A stretch of 64,000 bases of DNA from a virus. Position numbers and translations under genes: made by a program. The stretch is from positions 4,785 to 68,784 of the IMG/VR virus record IMGVR_UViG_3300013014_001014; one strand, given 5' to 3'. The notes below the pieces were generated by a model that searched no databases, was not told where the DNA came from, and was given only the letters and a program-made list of their open reading frames with translations. Shown piece by piece: positions 28,766 through 37,645 of this stretch; the first letter of the stretch is position 1, and each line of letters begins with the position of its first letter.

Positions 28766-31417
28766 ATTTACCAGAACATTTTCGTTTCAAAGAAAGATAA
28801 CATTATTCATTTGTGGGATGATACTAAAGGACATGTAACAGTTCCATATCGTCCATACGCATATCGCAAACGTGAAGGCGGAATGTATCGTAGTATTTAT
28901 GGTGATGAATTAGAAAAAGTTTATAAATTTAATTCAAAAGACCCAAGCTTGTTTGAAAGTGATGTTCCAGCGGAAACTAGATTTTTAATAGATGCATACG
29001 AAGATAACGACGAACCATCTGAAGGACATCGTGTTGTATATCTTGACATTGAGGTTAGTACTGAAGGCGGATTTCCAAATGTAGAAGAAGCTGATAAAGA
29101 AATTACAGCTATTGCTATTTATGATAGTTTAACAGCTAAATATACAGCTTTCATCTTGGATAAAGAAAACAAGCTAAATGACTTTGTTAAAGAAAACGTA
29201 GAAGTACGTAGCTTTACGGCTGAAGATAGTCTATTGATGCACTTTCTGACCAAATGGGAAGAAATTCAACCCACTATTAGTACTGGTTGGAACAGTGATA
29301 ACTTCGACATGCCATATCTGTTTCGTCGTATGAAGCACATTGTTGGGTCGAATAATGCAAAACGGCTGAGTCCAATTAAAGTTGCTTATATTAATGATTG
29401 GAATAAGAAAGTTATTGTTGCTGGGGTAACTCACTTGGATTATATGACACTTTACAAGAAGCTTAATATTAAACAAGAGGCTAGTTATGCTCTTGGAGCT
29501 ATTGGTAAAAAGATTGTGGGTATGGAGAAGATTGCCTACAAAGGTAGTTTGGATGATTTGTATAAAGCTGATATCAACAAGTATATTGAATATAACTTGA
29601 ATGACGTACAAATCATTGTAGCACTAGAAAAGAAGTTACAGTTTATTGAATTGGCTAGGGCTATTTGTCACAAAGGACACGTTCCATATGAATGGTATGA
29701 AATGAGTTCTCGTTTTATTGAAGGTGCTATTCTTATGTATCTGCGTCGTAAAGGACAAGTTGCTAAAAATAAATCATTGGATGGTCGTGACGAATATGAA
29801 ACGCAAATGGAAGATAATGAACAAGGTTTTGAAGGTGCTTATGTTAAGGCTCCTATTCCCGGTCGTTATGATTGGGTCTTTGATTTGGATCTTACATCGA
29901 TGTATCCGAATATCATCATCAGTCTTAATTTATCACCTGAAACTAAAGTAGCAGTAATCAATAAGATTGAATATGATGATTCTTATGTTGAAGATCGTAC
30001 CAAAGAAATCCGTGAAGATTATGAGAATTTGGGTGATAGTGTTCAGAAGAAAACTCCATTTGCTCAATATCTTGATCAACGATTGTACGCATTTAATGCT
30101 CGGTTATTTGCTCAGAACAAAATTGGTAAATATCACGTGGGTTCTACTGTATATACAAATGAAGAATTTAAACAGTTAATTACACAAACTAATTTGAGTG
30201 TTGCTAGTAATGGAGTAATGTGTAAACAAGATAAGACAGGAGTTATTCCGGAAATTCTAGTAAAATGGTTCGATGAACGTAAAGATCTTAGAAAACTAGC
30301 TAAAAAACATGCAGATTTAAAAGAATGGGAAAAATATGAATTTTATGATGGTCGTCAAAAAGTACAAAAAGTATTACTTAATTCAATCTATGGTGTATTG
30401 GGTCTACCGATCTTTAGATTTTATGACAAGGATAATGCGAGCGCTGTTACCATAACAGGTCAAGATATTATCAAATCTACAGGTAAAGCTATTAATGAGT
30501 GTTTCAAACGTGCATTGGATGAAAAAGAAGGAGATTGGGTTATTTACACCGATACAGATAGTTGCTTTGCCAGTGCATTACCCATCATTAAAAAGAATAT
30601 GCCTGATATTGATCTAAATGATGAAAAGGCAATGACTGAGGCTATTCTAAAAGTAACTGGTGATGTACAATCATTTGTCAATAAGTTTTATGATGTAATG
30701 GCAAAACGATATTTCAATATTGAAAAACATCGATTTGATGCAAAACAAGAAGTTATTGCCAAGACTAGTTTTTGGTTAGCTAAGAAACGTTACGCTCAGT
30801 TTATTGTTAACAAAGCCGGTATTGAATGTGATGAAATGGAAGTAAAAGGTATTGACGTAGTTCGTACTAGTTTTCCAATTCAATTTCGTAAGTTTATGCA
30901 AAAATTCTTGGATGATATGTTGCGCAAACTTCCAAAAGAACAAATTGACGTAAGCATTCTTGAATTTAAAGATAAGATGCCTACTTATCCTGTTATTGAG
31001 ATTGCTAAGAATACCAGTGTTAAGTTTAAGAGTCAGAGTGGTGAAACTGATTATAATCCAAAGACTAGACATCCGTTTCAGTTTATGGATGGTACGCCGG
31101 CTCAAGCTAAAGCTGCTTTGGCTTATAACGATTTGTTAAAGATTTGGAAGTTGGACAAAGATGTTCCGCCGATATTCCATGGTCAAAAGATTAAGTGGGT
31201 ATATTTAAAACAAAATGAATATGGTGTTGAGGGTATTGCTATGAAAGCTGACGGTACTGATCCAGATCGTGTTATTGCATTTATTGAACAATATGTAGAT
31301 AGAAATGCTATGTATGAACAAGAACTTAAAGGTAAGTTGTTGGATTTTTATAATGTGTTGAATTGGAGTTGGCCAAATGAAACAGATGTTAAATTGGAAG
31401 AGTTTTTTAGTTTTTAA
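28766..31417 (+). CDS. family B DNA polymerase (T4 gp43-like), apparent ATT start
   Basis: ExoI DIEV, ExoII GWNSDNFD, ExoIII YNLND, DLTSMYP, KVLLNSIYG, YTDTDS; C-terminal LEEFFSF; frame open upstream to TAA at 28739. Confidence 0.95.
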   Translation: MYQNIFVSKKDNIIHLWDDTKGHVTVPYRPYAYRKREGGMYRSIYGDELEKVYKFNSKDPSLFESDVPAETRFLIDAYEDNDEPSEGHRVVYLDIEVSTEGGFPNVEEADKEITAIAIYDSLTAKYTAFILDKENKLNDFVKENVEVRSFTAEDSLLMHFLTKWEEIQPTISTGWNSDNFDMPYLFRRMKHIVGSNNAKRLSPIKVAYINDWNKKVIVAGVTHLDYMTLYKKLNIKQEASYALGAIGKKIVGMEKIAYKGSLDDLYKADINKYIEYNLNDVQIIVALEKKLQFIELARAICHKGHVPYEWYEMSSRFIEGAILMYLRRKGQVAKNKSLDGRDEYETQMEDNEQGFEGAYVKAPIPGRYDWVFDLDLTSMYPNIIISLNLSPETKVAVINKIEYDDSYVEDRTKEIREDYENLGDSVQKKTPFAQYLDQRLYAFNARLFAQNKIGKYHVGSTVYTNEEFKQLITQTNLSVASNGVMCKQDKTGVIPEILVKWFDERKDLRKLAKKHADLKEWEKYEFYDGRQKVQKVLLNSIYGVLGLPIFRFYDKDNASAVTITGQDIIKSTGKAINECFKRALDEKEGDWVIYTDTDSCFASALPIIKKNMPDIDLNDEKAMTEAILKVTGDVQSFVNKFYDVMAKRYFNIEKHRFDAKQEVIAKTSFWLAKKRYAQFIVNKAGIECDEMEVKGIDVVRTSFPIQFRKFMQKFLDDMLRKLPKEQIDVSILEFKDKMPTYPVIEIAKNTSVKFKSQSGETDYNPKTRHPFQFMDGTPAQAKAALAYNDLLKIWKLDKDVPPIFHGQKIKWVYLKQNEYGVEGIAMKADGTDPDRVIAFIEQYVDRNAMYEQELKGKLLDFYNVLNWSWPNETDVKLEEFFSF

Positions 31418-31422
31418 TTATT

Positions 31423-31830
31423 ATGAAAAAGTATAGAGATTTAGTAAATATACCCGAGGAGGGATGTTCATTGGAATTAAAAACTGGTTGTGATACTGTT
31501 GTTGCACGTAAATACGAACGTATAGTAATTGGTCAACGTGGATCATATGTAGAATTCACAACAAATCAGATATTATGTGATAAATTGTTTATTCCAAAAA
31601 ATCAGTTGTATAGACTAAGTGATCCTAAAGTTTATTATATTGAATTTAGAACAAATGATAGTAGCAATGTAAAAGTATATTATCAAATGAGAACTGCCGC
31701 ATATGCTGATTATAAAATTGGTTGTTTTTATATATCCCCAGATGATTTATATGTTAACGGCATTAAGTGTCTAACATCTGTAGACGATTTATGTAAAGCA
31801 TCCGAAGAATTTTTCGATTTTAAAATGTAA
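31423..31830 (+). CDS. hypothetical protein downstream of the polymerase
   Basis: YERIVIGQRGSYVEF, YADYKIG; C-terminal EEFFDF. Confidence 0.75.
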   Translation: MKKYRDLVNIPEEGCSLELKTGCDTVVARKYERIVIGQRGSYVEFTTNQILCDKLFIPKNQLYRLSDPKVYYIEFRTNDSSNVKVYYQMRTAAYADYKIGCFYISPDDLYVNGIKCLTSVDDLCKASEEFFDFKM

Positions 31831-32625
31831 ATGGACAAAAATAGAATAGCAATATTAATTACAGGATTGCCAAGATTGACATTTGATGTAAAATCGAATA
31901 TATTCGATTTCTTTATTAGTAAAGAATTGAAAGATAAAGTCGATTTATTTTTTTGTACTTGGTTTGATGATAATTGTAATTTTAAAAAATTACAAGAAGA
32001 AATGGATTTTAAGGTATTAGATGTTTCGACGCAATCTTTATACACCAATAGTTATTTAATTAAAGATTTTAACAATTTTAATAATTTTTGTAAAACGTAT
32101 AAAAATGAAGATCCTTATTATATACTATATAGTTTACCCTATTATATAAACAGTTCACCGTTAAATTCTATGTATCAGATTTACCAAATAAATAGAGGAT
32201 TTAATATAATAAAAAATTATAGTTTGGTTAACAATATTAAATATGATATTATTATACGCACACGAATCGATGTAGAATTTTTACATACATTTACACCTGA
32301 TTTATATGATAAAACTATAAAAAGTAAAAACACTTTTTTTGGTAGAAATTGGACATGTGAGAAAACTGATGCAATTGGATTTTATAATTACGCCAATAAT
32401 TGGGTTGACGATCTATACTTTCATGCTAATTTTGAATCATTTGAAAAAATTTCATCAATTTATGATGAATATTACGATTTATCTATAAAACATAATACGT
32501 GGATATCTCATGTTTTGTTATATCAATTTTTAAAACGTAATAATATGACTTTTGAAAAATCACCAATTAAAACGTTGGTAAGGCGAGATGGCGGTGGATG
32601 GGATATGACTCTGTTTAATTTTTAA
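31831..32625 (+). CDS. glycan-associated SGxxR/RxRxD family protein
   Basis: IAILITGLPR, YDIIIRTRID. Confidence 0.65.
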   Translation: MDKNRIAILITGLPRLTFDVKSNIFDFFISKELKDKVDLFFCTWFDDNCNFKKLQEEMDFKVLDVSTQSLYTNSYLIKDFNNFNNFCKTYKNEDPYYILYSLPYYINSSPLNSMYQIYQINRGFNIIKNYSLVNNIKYDIIIRTRIDVEFLHTFTPDLYDKTIKSKNTFFGRNWTCEKTDAIGFYNYANNWVDDLYFHANFESFEKISSIYDEYYDLSIKHNTWISHVLLYQFLKRNNMTFEKSPIKTLVRRDGGGWDMTLFNF

Positions 32626-32630
32626 ATTTT

Positions 32631-33416
32631 ATGAAAATAGCATTTTGTTTTTCGGGAATGTGTAGATCTATAGAAGAAACTAAAGATCAATGGTTATCTA
32701 TTATGGATGGATATGACGTTGATGTGTATGGTAGTTTTTGGGATATTAATGATAAAAATGAATCTGGGAATATAGAAAAATTTACCGAAATATATAAACC
32801 AAAACAAGTAGATATTGAAAATTTTAAATCATTTGATGAAACCACATTAAATATGTTTCGTGAAAATTTAAAAATTCCATGCGACTTAAACGAATATACA
32901 CAAAAATATGTGTACAATTTGAACGTTGTAAGTATGTTTTATAAAATATGGCGAGTAAACATGTTAGCTAATAGTCAAAATTATGATATAATTGTTCGAT
33001 GTAGAACAGATTTGTTTCCAAAAGATAAAGTCGATTTTCAAATAAATGATATGTTAAATTTGCCAGTGGGATATACGTGGATTAGCCATTGGAAAAATTC
33101 AGGAGGACCATCTGATCTTTTTGCATATGGCAACAAAGAAATAATGAATTTTTACTCATCTATTTTTATGTACATGACTCATTATCATAGAATGGGTCAT
33201 TATTTTTTTGTTAATGAACAATTTGTTAAATTAAGATTAGTAGAAAAAAATATAAAAATTAGATTTTTACCAATTAAAATGATGATTTTTGATCACTGGC
33301 ATAATCATTTTGATCCAGCGTTTCAAGATCCTAGCTTTAAAGAACTTATTATGACTAGCACCGATTATTTACCGGTCGATCCAGATATTGAATATTCATT
33401 TTATAAAAATATATAA
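32631..33416 (+). CDS. glycan-associated SGxxR/RxRxD family protein
   Basis: KIAFCFSGMCR, SMFYKI, YDIIVRCRTD, DLFAYG. Confidence 0.65.
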   Translation: MKIAFCFSGMCRSIEETKDQWLSIMDGYDVDVYGSFWDINDKNESGNIEKFTEIYKPKQVDIENFKSFDETTLNMFRENLKIPCDLNEYTQKYVYNLNVVSMFYKIWRVNMLANSQNYDIIVRCRTDLFPKDKVDFQINDMLNLPVGYTWISHWKNSGGPSDLFAYGNKEIMNFYSSIFMYMTHYHRMGHYFFVNEQFVKLRLVEKNIKIRFLPIKMMIFDHWHNHFDPAFQDPSFKELIMTSTDYLPVDPDIEYSFYKNI

Positions 33417-33421
33417 GAAAT

Positions 33422-33472
33422 TTAGACGTTCTACATAAATCATCGGAGGATTTTTTTAATTTTACATTATAA
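33422..33472 (+). repeat. diverged direct repeat of 31780-31830 (orphan 3' end of the 31423 gene)
   Basis: 37/51 nt identical without gaps; LDVLHKSSEDFFNFTL* vs VDDLCKASEEFFDFKM*. Confidence 0.75.
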
Positions 33473-33474
33473 CC

Positions 33475-33503
33475 TTGACAAAAACAAAAAGATAGACTAC
33501 ACT
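33475..33503 (+). promoter_or_regulatory. sigma70-type promoter, leaderless or near-leaderless transcript
   Basis: TTGACA(33475-80)-17 bp-TACACT(33498-503); ATG 8 nt later. Confidence 0.8.
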
Positions 33504-33511
33504 TATAGAGT

Positions 33512-34249
33512 ATGAAGAAACAAACAATTAATACATTTATCGACAAGTATTCTCTCAACGGAACCATTGAAAGCGTAAAATGGGTCATTGACAGTGCAAA
33601 CAAACAAATCAAAACCGCTTCAATCAGTGATGATAAGAACGTACTTTCGTTCGTGGTTATCAAAGATAGTGCTGGTTTGAATGATGCTGAGATTGGCATC
33701 AATGATACAGCTAAGTTAAAGAAGCTTCTAAGTGTTTTGAATGACGAAGTAAATATCTCATTTAATATGCGTGAAGATAAGATCGTATCAATTTCTCTAA
33801 CCGGGGAAAGTACTGATGTACAGTATGTTACAGCTGATCTAAGTGTAATTCCTAAAGTGCCTGAACTTAAGAAGTTACCTCCATTTAATTTGGAGATTCC
33901 TCTTACTAAAGAATTTGTTACTACATTCGTAAAAGCTAAGAATGCTTTGAGTGATGTAGATACTTTGACTTTTACCAAAGATAAGAAAGATAAACTAAAA
34001 CTAGTTATTGGGTTTAGTAGTGTAAATAGCAATCGTATCAGTATAGATTTTAAGCCAACGGAAGGTAAAGATACTCTTGGTAAGACTATTCATTTTAGTG
34101 CTAAATATTTAAAAGAGATTCTAACTAGCAATAATGACTGTGAAAATGCAGTATTAAAGATCAGTGACGCTGGTATTGCACACGTTGAGTTTAATAACGA
34201 CGTATTTAACAGTAGCTATTACTTGGTTGAAATCAAGAACGTTGACTAA
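33512..34249 (+). CDS. DNA sliding clamp (T4 gp45-like)
   Basis: 245 aa; EIGINDTAKLKKLLSVL, YVTAD, terminal YYL; directly upstream of the clamp loader. Confidence 0.8.
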   Translation: MKKQTINTFIDKYSLNGTIESVKWVIDSANKQIKTASISDDKNVLSFVVIKDSAGLNDAEIGINDTAKLKKLLSVLNDEVNISFNMREDKIVSISLTGESTDVQYVTADLSVIPKVPELKKLPPFNLEIPLTKEFVTTFVKAKNALSDVDTLTFTKDKKDKLKLVIGFSSVNSNRISIDFKPTEGKDTLGKTIHFSAKYLKEILTSNNDCENAVLKISDAGIAHVEFNNDVFNSSYYLVEIKNVD

Positions 34250-34255
34250 TATTAT

Positions 34256-35212
34256 ATGAACTTCTTTTCTGAAGAAACAGAAACACAGTCATCAGCTCAC
34301 ACTCTTTGGGCTGAAAAGTATCGTCCAAGTAATGTGGAGGATTATATTTGTGATAGTCATTTGAAAGACATTTTGAATGAGTTCATCAAACGAAAAGATA
34401 TCCCACATTTATTGTTTCATGGCGGAGCTGGTACTGGTAAGACTACTCTTGCTAAGATTTTGACCAAGAACATTCCATCCGACGTAATTTATATTAATGC
34501 TAGTGATACTAACGGCATTGAAATGGTACGTACCAGAATCAAAGGGTTCGCTGGGTCTACTGGATTTCAAGCATTAAAGATTGTTATTCTGGATGAAGCT
34601 GACTTTTTCACTACCGAAGCTCAAGCAGCTCTTCGTAATCTGATGGAAACATATAGTCAGTCTACACGGTTCATTTTAACATGTAATTATGTAGAAAAGA
34701 TTATTAAACCATTGATCAGTCGTTGTCAAGTCTTTGAGATTGAACCACCTACAAAGAAAGATGTAGCTGTTTATGTACGTAACATTCTTGACAAAGAATC
34801 GGTTAAGTATGAACTATCAGATTTGAAGATTGTATTGGATAATTTTTATCCTGACATTCGTAAAGTAATTAATTATTTACAACAGAGTAGTACTAGTGGT
34901 AGTCTTAAACTGGTCAAGACGCAGAATGCGAGTGTTGACTTAAAATCTAGTTTGATTTCTATTTTGAATGGTAGTAAAACAAATTCAAAAGCATTTAATG
35001 AGATCAGACAGTTGGTAGCAGATGCTGGAACAAAAACATTTGATGAATTGTATAGCGAATTATATGATAAAGCTAGTGATTTTGCTCCTGGTAAAGAAGT
35101 GCAAGTAATTATTGAAGTAGCCGAATATGTATATCAGAGTAGCATGGTTGTAGATAAAGAAATTACATTTATGGCTTGTATTGCTAAATTGATAAAAACA
35201 ATCAATAAATGA
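34256..35212 (+). CDS. clamp loader AAA+ subunit (T4 gp44/RFC small subunit-like)
   Basis: WAEKYRP, GGAGTGKTT, INASD, LDEAD, SRC. Confidence 0.95.
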   Translation: MNFFSEETETQSSAHTLWAEKYRPSNVEDYICDSHLKDILNEFIKRKDIPHLLFHGGAGTGKTTLAKILTKNIPSDVIYINASDTNGIEMVRTRIKGFAGSTGFQALKIVILDEADFFTTEAQAALRNLMETYSQSTRFILTCNYVEKIIKPLISRCQVFEIEPPTKKDVAVYVRNILDKESVKYELSDLKIVLDNFYPDIRKVINYLQQSSTSGSLKLVKTQNASVDLKSSLISILNGSKTNSKAFNEIRQLVADAGTKTFDELYSELYDKASDFAPGKEVQVIIEVAEYVYQSSMVVDKEITFMACIAKLIKTINK

Positions 35213-36309
35213 TAAAGAAAGTATCAAGTATAGTTAGTAGTAAACCAGTTATTCTGCCATCTGTCAAAATAAACGATGTAGGCACAATTAAATATATTGG
35301 TCAAAGCGGCACTAGCGGTTATGCTAGTGCCGCTAAAGGCTATTTAGCAGACTATGTATTACGTAATATATCTGTTAATTGGACTCAATTATTATTTGAT
35401 AATAGCAACAATGATAGAAATTATTATGTAGACGCTTTGGCAGAAAGTGTAATTGGAATATCGTATGATAGTTACGATACTGTAATCTTACATAGTACTC
35501 CAGACATTTGGAATGATTTATTGTTAACACATAATAATAAAGTTAAAAATGTAGTTGGATATTGTACGTGGGAAACAAATAAGCTACCATCAAAGTGGGT
35601 TAGTTATATTAATAACGTACCGGAAGTTTGGGTTCCATCCATCTTTAATAAAGAATGTTTTATGAATTCTGGTGTGAATTCTAATATAAAAGTAGTACCT
35701 CATATATGGCATCATCAGAATTTAATTAATAAAGACAGTATAACCATATATGATCATGTAAGAAATGTAGTACCCAAAAACAAATATACATTTTATAGTA
35801 TAGGCGAATTAAATTTTAGAAAAGGTATAGAAGATTTAGTAACCGTATTTGATAAATTTAATGATGATTATCCAGATACTCAGCTTTTAATTAAAGTTCA
35901 TTACAGAGATTATCAACCCGTCAATAGACAGTATTGTATTAACACTATTAATAAATTAACTAATAAGTTGGGTACATCTATTCATATTATACTAGATAAT
36001 TTAAGTAATAGGGATATATTAGGATTACATAGTTTTGGAGATTGTTATGTTAGTTTGAACAAAGGTGAAGGATTTGGATTAACTATATTTGATGCTTTTA
36101 ATTATGGCAAAAAAGTAATTACTACTGGATATGGTGGTCAAGTAGATTATCTTGGTTTAGATTATGATGGATTGGTAAAATATAAAATAGATAAAGTAAG
36201 TGGTATGGAATCGTTTAGTACTAATTATTCAGTAGATCAAGAATGGGCATATCCGGATTTGGAGCATGTTTACGAATTAATGAAAAAATGTTATGATAAT
36301 CAATTTTAA
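35209..36309 (+). CDS. GT4-like glycosyltransferase
   Basis: SGYA, TWET, RKG, GEGFGL. Confidence 0.85.
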   Translation: MIKKVSSIVSSKPVILPSVKINDVGTIKYIGQSGTSGYASAAKGYLADYVLRNISVNWTQLLFDNSNNDRNYYVDALAESVIGISYDSYDTVILHSTPDIWNDLLLTHNNKVKNVVGYCTWETNKLPSKWVSYINNVPEVWVPSIFNKECFMNSGVNSNIKVVPHIWHHQNLINKDSITIYDHVRNVVPKNKYTFYSIGELNFRKGIEDLVTVFDKFNDDYPDTQLLIKVHYRDYQPVNRQYCINTINKLTNKLGTSIHIILDNLSNRDILGLHSFGDCYVSLNKGEGFGLTIFDAFNYGKKVITTGYGGQVDYLGLDYDGLVKYKIDKVSGMESFSTNYSVDQEWAYPDLEHVYELMKKCYDNQF

Positions 36310-36655
36310 CCAGTTAGACAAATTAAGAAAAAATGTTCAATTTTTGGAAGGTACATTTTCATTAGAAAAAGATCGTAATTTTTCTTGGATATGGACATCT
36401 AAAGTTGTAAATGGAATTGTTTCAAATATTAATGACATTACTATTAAAGCATTTAGTGAAATTGATAATAATTTATTTTACGATAATAATAGTATAGAAA
36501 TTAAATCCAATTGTCTCAATATTATTAAACTTAACACATCTGGAAAAGAAGAATTCAGCTTTCGACTAGAAAACGCATTTATTCCGGAGAATGATAATAG
36601 AGAACTTGGATTGAAAATCGTAGGCATTTTAGTGGATGGAGAAGTAATATTTTAA
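36293..36655 (+). CDS. hypothetical beta-rich protein (glycan-associated)
   Basis: WIWT and DNRELGL motifs. Confidence 0.6.
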   Translation: MIINFNQLDKLRKNVQFLEGTFSLEKDRNFSWIWTSKVVNGIVSNINDITIKAFSEIDNNLFYDNNSIEIKSNCLNIIKLNTSGKEEFSFRLENAFIPENDNRELGLKIVGILVDGEVIF

Positions 36656-36686
36656 TACGAAATGTATACAAGTCCCACAAGAAAAT

Positions 36687-37406
36687 ATGACACGTTTATA
36701 TCCAAAATCGCTTAACATAGAAACTACATCAATTTGCAATTTAAAATGTGTAATGTGTACTCAGTCAGCTGAAGATTTTGGAAGAGCTAAAGTTCATTTG
36801 TCCGAGAACACTTTGGAACAATTAAAACCGTATATATTAAATGCGGAATTTATACAATTGCATGGAATTGGAGAACCAACTTTAAGTCCATCATTCTGGA
36901 AATGTTTAGAAGTATTAAACAATAATAGTTGGTCATCTACTAATACTAATTTGGTGAGTTTATCCGAAGAAAAAATGATAAAATTAGTTAATTCTTCGTT
37001 AAAACATTTGAGTGTTTCTATTGATTCCCCTAATGTCGAAACATACTCTAAAATAAGAGGCGCAAATCTTAATAATGTAATTGAAAATATTAAAAAATTA
37101 ATGTCTTATAAAGAACAATATAAGTCGAATTTAACAATCACATTAAACATGACATTAATGAGAGAAAATATTTTGGAATTGAAAGATGCAATAGATTTAT
37201 GTGTAGATCTTAATATAAACATATTAGATACTTGGCCATTGAATAATTGGGAAGGTGAACAGTTTAATAGGCAAATTAGAAATTGGACTTTTAATTATGA
37301 AGATCAATTACCTTGGAAGTTTCAAGAACTATATAACGATGAAATTGATAAAATATCAATTTATGCAAATGAAAAAAATATTAAATTTACTTATCATAAA
37401 ATATGA
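36687..37406 (+). CDS. radical SAM protein
   Basis: CNLKCVMC (CxxxCxxC), GIGEP, TN, SID. Confidence 0.9.
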   Translation: MTRLYPKSLNIETTSICNLKCVMCTQSAEDFGRAKVHLSENTLEQLKPYILNAEFIQLHGIGEPTLSPSFWKCLEVLNNNSWSSTNTNLVSLSEEKMIKLVNSSLKHLSVSIDSPNVETYSKIRGANLNNVIENIKKLMSYKEQYKSNLTITLNMTLMRENILELKDAIDLCVDLNINILDTWPLNNWEGEQFNRQIRNWTFNYEDQLPWKFQELYNDEIDKISIYANEKNIKFTYHKI

Positions 37407-37645
37407 AACTTGAAATAAAAGATTGTAAACATCCGTGGGAGAATTTACAAGTATTAGCTACAGGTGAGGTAAGAGTTTGTTGTTGGAGTTCACAGCACTT
37501 AGGCAATCTTAATAAAGATACACTCAACGATATTTGGCTTGGAAAAACTCTTCAAGAATTAAGAGAATTTGTTAAATCTAACAAATTACACCGTATTTGT
37601 AATGGCGCTCCATGTCCATATGTTCAAGCATATATAAAGAATTAA
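37403..37645 (+). CDS. stand-alone SPASM/twitch Fe-S domain
   Basis: CKHPW...GEVRVCC...LGNL..TLNDIW...CNGAPC. Confidence 0.85.
   Translation: MKLEIKDCKHPWENLQVLATGEVRVCCWSSQHLGNLNKDTLNDIWLGKTLQELREFVKSNKLHRICNGAPCPYVQAYIKN

Noticed and set aside
29950-30200. Possible intein or intron in the DNA polymerase after SPET
   Set aside because: The extra segment is short, in frame and lacks intein terminal (C...HN) or LAGLIDADG motifs; likely a lineage-specific insertion
33355-34032. 225-aa antisense ORF
   Set aside because: Shadow of the sliding clamp gene; Ser/Leu/Phe-rich with no motifs. The same applies to most other short opposite-strand ORFs in the track
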